Source: Squalus acanthias
Taxonomy: Eukaryota
Assembly: GCA_030390025.1 (NCBI GenBank)
Contig: CM059430.1
Span: forward strand, 52,576,001-52,640,000
Direction of reading: 5' to 3'
Length of the DNA: 64,000 bases
Part shown: positions 25,634-39,226 of the stretch, piece by piece
Numbering within the stretch: the stretch's first letter is position 1
Layout of the letters: each line of letters begins with the position of its first letter
Program-made: the position numbers and the translations under genes
Notes under the pieces: model-generated
Database searches by the model: none
What the model was told of the DNA's origin: nothing
What the model saw: the letters and a program-made list of their open reading frames with translations, nothing else

Positions 25634-27575
25634 ATCAGTCATAGCTCATTGGTATGGAAACAGAAGTCCGCAGGGTGCACACACACATCCCTTACAATAG
25701 CAGAATGCAGTAGAAGGATTTAGATGTAAACTGCTGGCATTGATGGATAAAGTGACCCCAGGAGCCGAGACATTCTTCAGTGGCTGAACGACCAAACCAT
25801 TTCAGAATGCTGATTTTTGTTTTTTTATTTTCTATTTCGCCTTTTTCCCTTTCTTGGGCTCCTCAATCATTGCCATCCTTTGACATTTGTGAAAGGCAGG
25901 GGGGGAGGGGAAAGGAGAAAGTGGAAGTGAGCAAACTGGCCTCAGATTTCTTCCAATGCCACTTTGACATCAGCCAGAAGGAGGTGCAAAAGTGACTTGT
26001 GGTAATTCTCCCGCCTTGTGGGAGTACCTGGCCTCCGCTCTACTGTCCCACAACAGCAAGTGCAAGATTGGGAACTGGGTGTGTGGAGGACTGCAGGTAC
26101 AAAGCTGTCTTTCACTATCCTTTGGCACAGTGTATTGGGGTTCCAAAAGACTCTGCTACCCTAGTGGGACTGACATGTGCTTAACATCCTTATGGGTCCT
26201 ACTGTACAAGTGTAAAACATGCTTTCACCATATGTCAGGTCACAAAGGAGGATTGCAGACATCTCTAACCAACTGAAAAAGCCTTCATTATAGTAACCTG
26301 CGCCCACTCCAACTAACTGAAATAGCTGGCTCATCACTTTAATACTTTGTTTGTTAAAGCTGTAGGAACCTTCTTGGTGAAAGAAACTCAAGCCCTGTAA
26401 TAAATGTGTAGCTATACTAATCCAAGGAACTGAAAGGCTCTTTGAACACTTTATTACATTCTACATCAAGAGTCAGGCAGACACAAGAAACATCTGAGTC
26501 AGCTCTTCCAAAGGCTTACACTGTGATTGATGATCTGCCGGATTTGGATCGTTATGCCTGTGAAAATTAAAGACTGTGAAAATCGATGTCAGCAAAGCTT
26601 ACAGACTGCGCTGCTGAAATGAATAGAACTGGGAGTCACCACTAAAACACGTCTGTGTTCCCATTGTGTTTTAAATGTTAAAAGCCAGTGATGATGATCC
26701 TAACAAGGCCAAGCATCCGAATAAATGTCAGGGAAAGTGTTTCAGAGAGCCTAGAGTGCTTTTCTATAAAAAATGAAAACAGACAAAGGCAGAGTTTCAG
26801 ATAAGCACAGCAATGTATGATTGATGAGAACTGTGATCAACCAGTCATAATTTGGCATGTGTTCCATCTACTCCCAGATTTGTTCATCTTATGCGAGAAT
26901 GCTTTCAGTATTCTCAACTCAGCATCATTCCAATATAACACACAGGATAACTGGCATCAGATAGACAACAAACTGGTCACATACAACTCATTGTACCAAT
27001 ATACTATAAACTAGAATACTTCAGTAATTCTCCGAGCCTTTGTATAAAAATCAACAGAAGACATGTTACAATTCCTCACTCACTGGTTTTGAAATGAAGA
27101 GATTAATACTGGCACAGCCAACAAGGCGACTACAGAGTGGTAGGATGGGGGTACCCTTCCACGATTCCCCACACGATGAATTCCTGGTCCTAACTGGGCC
27201 ATTAGGGGAAGCCCCAAGGAAGACGAGACAATTAAAGCAACTCAGACTGCACCTACTGCAGAGTCCTGGGATTTTACCCATTTATTCCACCCTCCCCCAA
27301 GTTGAGAAATATTACGTGGCACATGCAAAGAGCAGAAAGGGTCTTTTAAAAAAAAATGCACCTGCGATTCTGGATGGGAAAGGATGAAGATAATACATTT
27401 TACAAAAATATTACAACATAATACACAGCACGCTGTTCAAAATTTATTCAAATTATTTTAAACAAGTAAAAAATATCTATACCATAAAGGCATAATTTAA
27501 ATGCAATTTGGAGGAAATCTGATCACCCTCATTAATATACATCTACACTTAGATACTTTGTAGATAGCTGCCTAC

Positions 27576-27692
27576 CTTGGCCAGGTCATAAAGCTTCACA
27601 GCCTCTTCAAACAGGCCCTTATTTTCAGCCACTGATGCGACCTTACTGATAACAGCTCGCGTGTCTCCAGCAAACTTGTCGATTACACCAGG
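27576..27692 (-). CDS. NUP93: NUP93 exon 17
   Basis: Encodes [39 protein letters not shown]. 117 nt; CAG/GTAGG. Confidence 0.97.
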
Positions 27693-28734
27693 CTGATCAG
27701 AAAAAGAAAACGGTTGCAGTAAAATAAATGGCATTCTGTAATTAGCTTCAGATATTTACATAATTCCACTGAAATTTTCCATGGCAACTAGATAGCAAAG
27801 CTTATTAGAAAACTGCATTCAGAATGGCAATAGAATGGCTGGTACAGGAAATGGAAATATCGCCAACAGTGCAGCAGGGGGTGATCTTCTGAGACTGGGG
27901 TTAAGGAATATAGTCCATTGAGAATAGTCTGTGCTTTGCTCTACATCTAACCCTTGCTAAACCTGATCAGAGATTATTTGACATGATCACCGGGTGCTAA
28001 ACACAAGACAAGACAATTAATCCCCAGCAAAGACATCCTCAATGTGTGCAAAAACAATGGATTTTTACAGAAAGTAAATTAATATCTGAAACGTTACTTA
28101 CAATTACTATTTATAATGCCTTTGCTTAAAAAAAGCAAAGTCAGTTTGGCTCCAATGTCTAAGTAAGCATTTAGGGTTGTGCAACATACATTGCAAAAGT
28201 CGCGGTTGGGGAATTCTCGAAAATAAACCCGTTAAGCATTTTTCTTTGGTCAGCCAGGTGTATGACACAAACACATCAACTTGCTGAAGAGTCTCCAAAT
28301 CAAACTAGAGAAATCTACACAGGTAGAATTTCTGTTTGGCCAATACCCTCTGCTAATACTAAAAGTGCACAGCTTACCAGTAAAGGACATGGGTGAACTT
28401 TACATATACATACACCATGACATTCTTAAAGGGAAATAACTCCAAATTAAAGCTGTGGTCAAGGTAAATACTTTTGTTTTAAAACTGTACTGACACTATT
28501 ATTCATTTTTGTTGCAATATTGAAAAATAGAGGATAGGGTTTCTTACTAAAGATATTGTTTGCACCATCAATAACCATCTAACAATTTAGAAAGTTTAAA
28601 TTTTAATTGACTAAAAAGCACTGTGAATGAAATTTTCTTCAGAAAGTTGATCACCTGTTACAGGCATTCTCAGTAAAAAAAGAAATTCCCTTTCTCAGTG
28701 ATATCACCACCTCTAAATAACAGGGCACAAAGTA

Positions 28735-29125
28735 TACTGATGGCTCAATAGATTCATGCACCAATTGATATGCTACTGAACCACAGGCCAGAGGAATCCC
28801 AGGGTTTGATCTCTGGTCTGTGCTGAATTAGCTGATCTCAACCAGGGCGTCAAGGTTAATGCTACGATTATCCTCAGTGTCCCGGGGGAGGGGCGGGGGT
28901 TTACACAGTGGCAGCCAGGGTCCATAGTCCTGATCAGTACAGAGCGACCAGCACTGCAAGCGAGTGTGGGGGGGGGGGGGGGGGGGGGACAGAATCAGAA
29001 TTGGCAACAATGTCCACTGTGGCCAGACAACCTATTGATGCTCACTGACCAGGCTCGCACGACTACTTGGGCATGCAGTTTGAATGCTGCCAGCATCCAT
29101 GGAACTGTACCCCAGCATTAGTCGA
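28735..29125 (+). mobile_element. LF-SINE-like element with internal poly-G expansion
   Basis: GGTTTGATCTCTGGTCTGTGCTGAATTAGCTGATCTCA...CATGGAACTGTACCCCAGCA; G-run at 28968-28988. Confidence 0.7.
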
Positions 29126-29370
29126 GAGAAGCAGTAAAGGGAGTAAACGGGAAGGAAAAGAAATACAGCATAACTGAGATAGTCTCGTTTGAAGTCTTGG
29201 TGGAACTGTAGGCAACTCCTACAACCAGGTTACACAGTTGGATGCAGCAAAACGGTTTACTCTAACTTGAGCCTACACGTCATTAAAGGTTAATAGGAAA
29301 TGCTCTTCAAAATAAAGCTTTTAAAGAGAAAGGGAAAAAAAATCTAGTGTCATAGCAAATCTCATCTCAC

Positions 29371-29415
29371 CTTTCGACTGCCATCTTTCTCTAATCGTCC
29401 AAGTAGCATGTCAAA
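29371..29415 (-). CDS. NUP93: NUP93 exon 16
   Basis: Encodes FDMLLGRLEKDGSRK. 45 nt; TAG/GTGAG. Confidence 0.95.
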
Positions 29416-29505
29416 CTAGAAACAAGGAATGAAAAAATCACTTAAAAATAAAAATGGAATGTACCATGTGACAGTTTTTGCAGCAGGTCTCGGTGCATTG
29501 CTTAC

Positions 29506-29578
29506 CTCTCGGCTTTCAATGACAAGCTCACTGACACATCGCATGAACATGTTTTCTCCTTGACTGTCATTCTCATTT
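29506..29578 (-). CDS. NUP93: NUP93 exon 15
   Basis: Encodes (R)[24 protein letters not shown]. 73 nt; TAG/GTAAG; followed by a 90-nt intron. Confidence 0.96.
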
Positions 29579-30490
29579 CTATAGGAAGTGACACACAAAG
29601 TGAAATAAGCCTCAATCCGATGTGACAGCTGAGTTACAGAACATGCTGCGCAGGTTGGAAAGCCATTTTCTAGTTGCTCTCTGCCTTTCCCTTCAGTACC
29701 TCACAATTATTCTGACTGAAATCGTTCCATTAATATTGGAGTGCAGCCGGTTGAACTCTATCACCCTGCTTCAGCAATTGAACATGCACCATTCATTTAC
29801 ACGACTGTGGAGTTGCTGCTTCTCATTATTTCAGTCACTGGTCAAATTATGTACAAATGTCTATGTGAACCAGAACATGTTGGAAATTTAGAAACCTGCA
29901 TACTGGAGAAGTATGTGCTGATTGATAAGTCACTAAATAACATCATAACCATATTAAACACTATAATATTTACTCGACAGGGAATTTCCAGTGAGCAACA
30001 GAAGGTCATTTTCCTTTAAACCAGCAGTAATGGCACCATTAATAATCCTCTTCTGTGATCATAGCTCACATCAAGGACATGAAGCTCAAATAATTAATAC
30101 TGCACCTTTAGTTGCTTCTGGCACTAAAAAAAACTGCCTTATAAAACTGAAAATATATCTTATAAACAGATACAAGATAATGCTTTCAAGGCGGTATGTC
30201 ATCTTAATGGTGGTTTGCGATTCCAAAAGCCTTGCTCTCAATTTAACCCTCCGATTAGATTATTGCCTTGTCATACACACTTGGATTTCCACTACTTTCT
30301 GCATTGACCCAGCTTATTGATTCACATTTACAATGTCCCCGTCAGAATAAAATTTGTATAATTGGTTGGCTTGTAGTGCACTTGAAAAATGTTTTGCTAT
30401 TTATGCATTTCATAATTTGCACTATTCTAAAGCTTAAAGTCTGCATTTGAATTTGCCCAGATTGTGATGGATATTAAGGAGGAACGTTAC

Positions 30491-30617
30491 CTGAGGAAAT
30501 AGAAATATTGAAGTGCCTCTCTGGGATCAGTGGGTTCAAATTTCCTGGTGTACAACATTAGCAGACGGATGAAATTAAGACGTCGTATTGGTCGGGGATC
30601 AGCATTGTCTTGGCTCA
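30491..30617 (-). CDS. NUP93: NUP93 exon 14
   Basis: Encodes (L)[41 protein letters not shown](R). 127 nt; CAG/GTAAC. Confidence 0.96.
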
Positions 30618-31529
30618 CTGTTAGGGGATTACAAAACACAATTACAAAAGCTTGAAAAGAACAGCAACATAGAAATACAAACAGGGTAAAAAAAAAACCT
30701 GAAATTGGGTATTCCCTCTCCAAAAGCTTGCCAGGCCAGGCAAACCTCAAGAAGAGAGTGTGAAAATCAGCCACAAAGCACCATTTATTTCTGGATCTTG
30801 GGAAATCAAATTCAAGATTCACCAGTGTAGTTATCTTGAGAGATTAATATGGGAGATTGAGACCTTATGCTCATCATAAATGATATATTTAAGAGAACCA
30901 AGACCACAATATAAAAATAGATTGAGGGGATGGTTCAGTCGCTCTTGCTACAAAACATTATACTCTGCACTGGAGTCTTAGTCGGGCTACTAGGTGGATC
31001 ATGCTAACAAAGATTGCTTGTTTTTGGAAGCAACTGGGGAAAGAGAAATGCTGTGACAATCAGCTTGCCTCATGTTGGTATTGATAGCCTTGGAGAAGTC
31101 TATAAACAAGACTGATCTACCTACAACTTCCTAGCAGGAGAAGGAAACATGGTGACAAGAGGGAAAAATCTTGAGCAAAGTACCAATAACGTGGAAAATT
31201 CCATGATTGGGCTTGTGAACAATTGAAACATACTCAATGACTCTGAAACAAACAAGGTTAATTATACAAAGATTAAAATTGGTTCATGGTTTCTTTAGGT
31301 ATCAAGTAATTTTCCACTCTAAACAGGTATCTATCTAGATTGCTTACAAAACTAGGCAAACTTTATTAGTCAACCTGAAATTGTTTCCTCATTCCAAGCC
31401 TCACACAGAAACTTGAGTTGGAACATCTCTGTTATTTCTGTTAAGTATGTTTAGATTAAACCCTTTTGACTGTATTCCCAGTAAAGAATATTCTTCCCCT
31501 TGGTGGGAATATAAATGCATACCAAGAAT

Positions 31530-31870
31530 TCCCCAATGATTCAAATGGTTAAGGCAGTAACCAGTTGAGCCACACAAACCAGGAAGAACCCAGGTTCAAT
31601 CCCTGGTCTGTGCAGAGTGACCGGATCTTAATACAACCAATTAGCCTCAGCGCCCAAGTTTGGGATGGGATAAATTGGCAAGCATTCCTGAACTTTAATC
31701 CTGCAGCCCCCAGCTAGAGCAAATGTGAATGTTAGATGAAGGGAATGGATTTGGTTGTGATTACCCCTACAATCAAATAACTACCAACATTAACTGTCTA
31801 GGCTCACATATCAACGGCCAATTGAATAAGATACCCGAGGGTGCTTAGAGTACAATGCCCCAAGTGAGGA
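31530..31870 (+). mobile_element. LF-SINE-like element
   Basis: CCCAGGTTCAATCCCTGGTCTGTGCAGAGT (tRNA B-box-like)...AATTAGCCTCAGCGCCC...ACTGTCTAGGCTCACA. Confidence 0.65.
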
Positions 31871-31979
31871 TGAAGAGTACCGACTGGAAAAAAATGACAA
31901 GTTTGGTTAGAACTAAGGCCTGTGTCCAATTACTTTGAGCCAAAGCTTATTTGATACAGTAAATCCTCTATGCTTCAGT

Positions 31980-32522
31980 TGTACAGAGCCCAGGTCAGTC
32001 CTCTCTGGAGTACTGTGTTTAAGTTTTGGGTGCCGAAACTCAGGAAAGATACAGTGGCCTTGGACGGGGTACAGTGCAGATTCACCAGAATTAAAGCATG
32101 GCTTAAAAAGGTTAAACTATGAGGACACATTGCATAAACCTGGTTTGTAGTCCCCCTTGAGTTTAGAAAGTTGAGGGGTGATCTAATCAAGGTCTTTAAA
32201 ATGATAAAGGGATTTGATAGGGTGGATACAAAGAAACAATTTCCTCTGATGTAGAAATCTAGAACAAGGGGGCAATCATAAAATGAGAACTAGGCCATTC
32301 AGGAGTGAAATCAGGAAGCACTTTTTCCACACAAAGGGTAGTGGAAATCTAGAACTCTGTCCCCCAAAAGGCTGCGGTTGCTGGGTCAATTGGAGCTTTC
32401 AGATTGAGACTGACAGATTTTTGTGAGGTAAGAGTGTCAAGGGATATGGAGTAAAGGTGGGAAATGGAGTTGAGGTATAGCCTCGAGGGTCTGATTGGCC
32501 TACACCCGTTTCTATGTTCCTC
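31980..32522 (+). mobile_element. CR1-type LINE 3' fragment
   Basis: Degenerate LEYCV.FW and LRGDLIKVFKMIKG coding remnants plus 3' UTR. Confidence 0.85.
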
Positions 32523-32593
32523 TATCACACTGCTGTCATCAAATATACAAAAAGCAACTATTTGAAAGCAGTGTGTTACTCTGCTAAGTACAT

Positions 32594-33066
32594 ACAGGCC
32601 TTGGAGAGGTGCACAGGAGATTGACTAGAAAGATACCATGGATGAGGGACTTCAGTTATATGGAAAGACTAGAGAAGCTGGGGTTGTTCTCCTTACAGCA
32701 CAGAAGGTTTAGGGGAGATTTAATAGAGGTGTTCAAAATTATGAGGGTTTTGCTAAGAGTAAATAAGAGAAACTGTTTCCACTGGCAGGAGGGGCAGTAA
32801 CCAGAGGACACAGATTTAATATAATTGGCAAACGAACGAGCGAGGAGATTAGGAGAATTTTTCTTTACGCAGCGAGTTGTTGTGACTTGGAATGCACTGC
32901 CTGAAAGGGTGGTAGAAGCAGATTCAATAGCAACTTTCAAAAGGGAATTGGATAAATATTTGAAAAGGAAAAAATTGCTGGTCTATGGGGAAACAGGAGT
33001 GGGACTATTTGGATAGCTCTTTCACAGGCACGATGGGCTGAATGGCCTCCTTCTGTACTGTATGTT
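32594..33066 (+). mobile_element. CR1-type LINE 3' fragment
   Basis: ORFs 32609-32800 (ERLEKLGLFSLQHRRFRGDLIEVFK) and 32825-33016 (FFTQRVVVTWNALP). Confidence 0.88.
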
Positions 33067-33348
33067 TCCTCAGAGGTTGTGGTATATTGAGCAAAACTAT
33101 GACCTCGCTTCTGCACAATTAACATATATATTGCCATTCCAATCTGGCCGCATCTATAATATCCTGGTGAAAATCAATTTAGGAGCACATTTTTCCTTGC
33201 AAAACAAAGGTCGGCAGTGACTGTTTGAGATTATGCTAAATCCTTTATACTTCTTGTCTGAACCATTAATTGAAGAATGACAATTTAAAACTATCTATTT
33301 CAAACCAGTTAAAGGACCTGTATAGGATAGTTCTAACATTGTACTTAC

Positions 33349-33540
33349 ACAGCTGTGCGCTTTGGGCAGATGATTTCAGAAGAAGTTTTAACTCATAAAG
33401 GACCAATGCCACATGCACTGCATGGCAACGCAGTCGTTCCACGCGGAAGAGGAAGGCAATAGCTGCTTCAAATTGGGCTGTAAGGAAAAGGACTTGGAAG
33501 TACAGGAAAGGATGCTGGTTGGCTGCAAAGTGGGATTCAC
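33349..33540 (-). CDS. NUP93: NUP93 exon 13
   Basis: Encodes (G)[63 protein letters not shown]. 192 nt; CAG/GTAAG. Confidence 0.97.
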
Positions 33541-34282
33541 CTGAGGAGGAAAATAAATATTCAGGGGCATGGTAACAATGGAAGATTTGACTGCAGCTTT
33601 GTGGATCAACAACTTGCAGAAAATTCAAAACTAAGTGTTGCAGAAGTTGAAGGATGCCTTTATTTCTACGATCCACATATCGGAATTAATGTAATAATCA
33701 ATCGCCCTGCATAGAAACATTGAATAAAGTTGTAATTGAGAGAAGGCATGAATGAAACATTATATATTTGAAAATTAGATGAACTGTTGAAAGGCCTGAA
33801 CTCCTTGCAATTGCCAAGACTATCTTACAATAAACACTGTGGTTTTCCTGTTATCAAGCAAAGCAATTTTGCTGTGGAAGATGTACTCAACATACCTTCC
33901 CTTGTAGGTGTGACAAGTCATTAACTGACACAAGTTATAGCTGCAGACAGATTTTCTAGAATAAATGGTTTGCTTAAAGTTCTTTCAAAATGTAGTTTTA
34001 TTCAAACCACAAGGCTACCCCTTCTACTCACTACTTGCACAATTAACAGATGATGTAGATTCTACTATTGTGGTGTAACCTACAGCACCAAACCAAGTGT
34101 TTCTATTGTGTGGGAATCCACCTGGGGGCATCCAACTGAACCAACAAGGTGCAGTCCACCGAGAGCTTGGTGGACTGAAGTACTGACCAGCATGGAGACT
34201 TTAATACAGAAATCACCGGGGTTGTTAAGTGCTAGCAGGCAGCTGGGCCTGTCAAGTTAAGTGTTTAGCACAGGATGCTTAC

Positions 34283-34376
34283 CATACTCCTCCAGCAGCT
34301 GGCTCTGCAGCTGCGGCAGCGTTTGCCTGTCCTGAGGCGAGTTGCTGCCATCATCTTCAAAACACACTTGATTCAG
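34283..34376 (-). CDS. NUP93: NUP93 exon 12
   Basis: Encodes [31 protein letters not shown](G). 94 nt; CAG/GTAAG. Confidence 0.96.
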
Positions 34377-35372
34377 CTGAAAACATAACACAAGAACACA
34401 CTTAGTACAACGTGCACAGTTTCAGCAGAAAAGGGCATTTCACACACTGGATAGCACAAGTTAGATGCAGGGTAACACTCTGCCCACAATGGCCCAACAA
34501 TATGCCTCAATACCAAACCCATGACAGCATCGTAACAGCATCCCTTGCTACTGGTTTGATGTTTCCGTTTCACATGTTATTCAGCCTTGTAGTCTCTGTG
34601 TTAAGTGGCCAATTTGGTGTTAAATTATGCAGTTTGTGCTCATGAAGAACTAGATTGAGACTGCACAAGCTCACAGCACTTAGGATCCTTAAAGCCAGCA
34701 CAAAAGCAGCTTTGATCTAGTCAGTCTATGCTAGAATTAAGTTTAGGCTGTCGAGTAAAGAACTGTGTTCTAACATATTTATATCATCCAGTGCCTTACA
34801 AATTCTGTATTTACTGAAAGCATCACTTCTTAAATGATTGTGTATTACTCTGGTTTTTCTTTACATTATGTAAATGAATCAAAAGCAATGCTTTTTTAAA
34901 AAAAAACTTTGTACAGAAAAGCCTGTAGTTCCAATGCAGTTTCTTGATCCAGGTTATTAATATTAGCGATTACTTGCTTGCCCTGTTACACATTGATTGG
35001 CAGTGTCTAATGAAGCTTTCTACTGTTTGGTGCTGAGCGCGGTAATGAGTTAGTTCAAATTGCCATTGGCAGAGACCTTTGACAAATAATTTAACTGAAA
35101 CAAGCGCACATTGTAATCAGGAGTTGCATTCTTGATGACTACTGTTAGTATTTCAACACTACATCTACAAATACTTTACAATGATGTACTGAAAATAGAA
35201 ATACGGTATAAATCTAACAATTCTGAACTGAGCAGTTAATCATGGGCCATGGTCACAAACCTTGGGAAGGAGGGTCACTGATTAGATCAATACTCAGGTG
35301 GAAAATGTGATAATGAGTTTGCCAACACATGCAAAATACTAGGTAGGGAAAGAATTAAGTGAGTGCATATAC

Positions 35373-35538
35373 CTTTAGCCAGAGATAGTCGTCTGTCTTA
35401 TCAGCAATTTCACTGTGGTTGTCAGTAACATCACATCGACCAATCAGGCAGTAGACTGCTCTCTTATATGGGTCTGTGCTGTTCCGCAGAGCCCGGCGGT
35501 AATGTAGGCGAAGTTTGTTCTCTGTAGTAGGAGGTAAC
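35373..35538 (-). CDS. NUP93: NUP93 exon 11
   Basis: Encodes (R)[55 protein letters not shown]. 166 nt; TAG/GTAT. Confidence 0.97.
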
Positions 35539-36167
35539 CTAGGAAAGACCAAACAAGTTCAAACAGAAAGAAACCCAAGAGGCTGAGCAATCATTTTCAA
35601 TATGTGCAAGTAAACACACTCAGAACTTTCAGCCTCCCCATTCCTACTCAAAAATACTCAATCATTTTAGCTGAGTTATACTGTACTTTCCCTCTTACTT
35701 TCTGCCATCACTATTTTCAGCTGAAATGTAGATAGGCAAACTGTTTTCATCCAAGTCTATAATGGGTCACTCTCCATCCTGGTTTTTTTCCCTTTAGGCT
35801 CATGTAAAGTCCCCGCACAGAATTGTTTTGCTACTCAGCAGGTCTAATTTCCTTCTATCTAAAAAGAAAACTGTTCTAGAATAAAGGAAATTTGACTGTA
35901 AACCTTTTTTCTCGGCTTTCATTCTGAATGAATGAATGCATTTGCATTTATATAGCATCTTATCACATCCTCAGAAAATCTCAAGGTGCTTTACAGCCAA
36001 TGGATTACTTTTGAAGTGCAAAAGGGTAAATGCATCTTTGCATGTTATATACCGAAAATATATTTTAAAATATAGCTCTTCTCCTCACACCCTCAATATG
36101 TTGATAGCAAGACTCATCTCCTACTTTAACTACTTTTCAAGCATCACAAACTTAATATGGCACTTAC

Positions 36168-36325
36168 CTTCTGTCATCACCCTGAACATACTCCTGGAAC
36201 CAATTGTTAAATTCTCCCAGCTGATGCTGTGCGCGATTCACCACCTGCATCGCTGCCATTAAATCTCCACAACGCAAACAATAGTAGATGAGGGCCCAGA
36301 CTGGCTGACCTTCAACCTCACCATC
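36168..36325 (-). CDS. NUP93: NUP93 exon 10
   Basis: Encodes [52 protein letters not shown]. 158 nt; TAG/GTAAG. Confidence 0.97.
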
Positions 36326-36802
36326 CTAGACCAATCAAAAAGATTGAAAAAAAAACCTCTTTCAGAACATTATCCACTGCAATTTTTGTTCAGTAGTAAT
36401 TGTAAACAAACATTAGTTATCAATCAGTTCATGGAGTTTCTGTATCCCAGGATTCTATGCAATAATCTGCAAACTTTGGTCAATTTAAAAAAAAATTAAA
36501 ATTACTCAGTATACAGTGTATATTTCTATCTCCACAATAAATTCCCATCATCACCGGCCACACTTATTGCATGGTGCAAGATAAAGAAGCTCCTATACCC
36601 CATCAGTCACTGGACTTCAAAATTACCATCTTCAAAAGATCAACAATGTAGACTCAACCCCTCTTCAACCCAAAAAACTCAACTACACAACTGCAGTCTA
36701 ATTAGTTGATTTTTGTGCTTTAAAAACTCAAATTATCTAGAAATTTGAATTAAGAATCTTCAAATTAACTTGAGTATACTGTACATATCCTACATAAACC
36801 GT

Positions 36803-37847
36803 GACCCAGAATTTCCTGAAAACCTGCACTGAAACAACAGCGTAAAGCCGATTTTGGCGCAACAGAGTGAGGAAATGTGTGCGACTTGTGCCCATTTTTA
36901 TGCTATGCTCGAATTGTCTCGATCTTTTGCGCTGATTCAGTAGAACGTCCGCCGCTTATTAACATAACATTGGCCCTATGCAAAAGTTGAGAATGCAAGT
37001 TTCCTGCATTTGTGCCAGTTCCGAAAGGGCATAAATATACACCTAAAATTTTAGGTGCAGCTGGACACAAAGTCATTATTTTAAAATATATTTCTCCTCA
37101 CAGACCTACACTGTATTTTCTAGATATTTGAATGGATTTTCACTGCATCAAAATTAGTTACATTAAAAACTGAAAAGCCTCCACGATTGCATTTTCTTCA
37201 ACGTGTGCCTAATGTGCTTAAAGGATAGTTTGATGGCATCAAACTTAATTTTCATACATAAAAGTTCTGCGCTTTCCTCGGTGCCCGATTGTTTATGTTG
37301 ATTTCGGCTTGTTTTACGCCAGTTTTTATGTCCTAGCATATGCTAATTAGATTCTCAGCAAATTTCAGCATATGTTGCCAACGGCAAGATCGCTATAAAT
37401 TTTGGCCTAAATTGCCAGTTACAGGAAACTCTTTATTAACCGGCACCGACGGGACCGGCGTGGTGCCGGTTTATCGAAAGTACCGGATAACGGAGAGTTA
37501 TATCTACCGAGGCTATTTTTAACAAAGAAAAATAAATAAATCAAGAAATGTGCAGTATACTTCCGACAGCGCCAGGAGGCCGAGTAGTGGCACTTTTGAA
37601 AACTACCCCTACTGACTAAATCGGCGTTCGCGGACTCGGACTCGGGATCGGCAACATTGCCGGTTATTTGAGAGGAGTTTTCGGAGTACTCGGCGTTCGC
37701 GGAGACTCGACTGCGACTCGGCAACATTGCCGGTTATTTGAGAGGAGTTTTTGGAGGATGATTTTTGACGGTTAAGCGAGAATTCCGGATATTTGGGTGC
37801 CGGATAAACAAAAGTTTCCTGTACATTGTTTCAGGAAATTCCAGACC
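36803..37847. mobile_element. Older inverted-repeat (non-autonomous DNA) element hosting a nested MITE
   Basis: GAATTTCCTGAAA (36809-36821) and TTTCAGGAAATTC (37829-37841) form a perfect 13-bp inverted pair. Weaker subterminal inverted similarity: CGTAAAGCCGA versus TCGGCTTGTTTTACG. Confidence 0.5.
37422..37821. mobile_element. 400-bp Tc1/mariner-pogo (Tigger-like) MITE
   Basis: TA|CAGGAAACTCTTTATTAACCGGCACC ... GGTGCCGGATAAACAAAAGTTTCCTG|TA. 26-bp terminal inverted repeats (TIRs) match at 22/26, with TA target-site duplication (TSD). CpG-rich, with an internal tandem duplication of about 70 bp. Confidence 0.85.
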
Positions 37848-38684
37848 ATTATAAAATCCAGGTGTGTTTAGAACAAGTTGCAGGTTGCAAAACAGCCTTC
37901 AGGTTCCTGATGACTATCTAGGCCCTCAAAGTTTCTTACAGGTCAGGACTTCAAATCTCTGACTTCAGACTGGTGTTACACGCACCAGATTGAAAACCCA
38001 TTACAACCCAACCATTATTCTAGAGTTTACATTGATACTGCCACAAAACAGTGTGGCACAAGCAATCACTTGGTACGGGTACAAATAGCTTTTAGACTAA
38101 AATCTGAATATATGTAACTAACAGCCTACGCTCTTAAATTTTGGTGTGTAATACAACTATCAGAAGGAATCCAAACAAATGGTGATTAGAAGTCCCTCAT
38201 TTTCAACTGTCTTCATATTCCTTTGGGAACACTTGCAAACAAATTCAACACACATACCAAATGAACCCCAAAATAGTGATGCAAGAAAGACACCTTGATT
38301 TCTAATGGATAATAGTCCACAAGCCTAAAATGAGCACTAACTAGAAGTGGTAATAACCATTACCATAATCATGGAGCTTGTCTTTTAAACTTTCTGCCAG
38401 TAGCAATTTCTTTACTTTGGCTGTTGAGTCTATGCCACTGGGGTTTCAATATGCTTACACAATCTTTATTTTGGAAGGAGACAAATTATTCCAGAGATCT
38501 TTTATCGCATTTTAAGTTTTGTTTTTGTTTCAAAACAACCAAATAGACACCAGCAACTAAATGGAAGACTGGGGGATTTTAGAAAATCCTGAACCTTAAA
38601 AACATGTTATTTTTTGTTCATTTGCGTATATTTTAATATTGAATAAAATGCAGAAAGCATCACCAGTATTTTGAGTACAAATAC

Positions 38685-38817
38685 CTGAAGTCCTTGCAAA
38701 GGAGCTGGCAGCTTAATGTTAAGAAAGCTACGGACGAGTTGATAAGTCCCAGGTACACCTCCTAGTTGAGCCTGGTGCAGATTTCCATAGACTGTCGCCA
38801 TTACATAGTTCTTGTAG
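38685..38817 (-). CDS. NUP93: NUP93 exon 9
   Basis: Encodes (S)[44 protein letters not shown]. 133 nt; TAG/GTAT. Confidence 0.97.
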
Positions 38818-39086
38818 CTAGGAATGAGAACATAAAAGGAAAAAGAAAGTCACGCGATGGTTGGCACTGGAACTTAACCTCCAACTCTAACATTATGACC
38901 TTGAGCAAACAGTATTAAAATGAACCCCGTTTGTCCTGAATAAATAATCATCAGCTATGAAACAGTTCTCAGAAGCATCAATATTATTTTGTACCCGATT
39001 GTGCAGTTCTAAGACATAATATAAAAGATGATTAACAAATTAGCATCAACAGGATGTTAACCATTCCTTAATAGGCCGTCTCTCAC

Positions 39087-39226
39087 CTCTGCTCCAGAAA
39101 ATGTAAGGCCTGTCTTACAAATGCCATCTGCATCTCCAAACTGGTACGGCTCTTCAGTGTATCGGTGGCAGGTACCAGCAGGACATCAGTCATCTGCTTC
39201 ACCATTGCCCACAGTTCAGAGACATT
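39087..39226 (-). CDS. NUP93: NUP93 exon 8
   Basis: Encodes [46 protein letters not shown]. 140 nt; TAG/GTGAG. Confidence 0.96.

Noticed and set aside
26235-26337. Possible intronic C/D snoRNA (GTGATGA...CTGA, minus strand)
   Set aside because: No terminal stem and no recognisable guide sequence; the boxes are expected by chance.
37419-37727. 102-aa minus-strand ORF in a GC-rich patch
   Set aside because: It lies within the MITE and its tandem duplication and has no transposase motifs.
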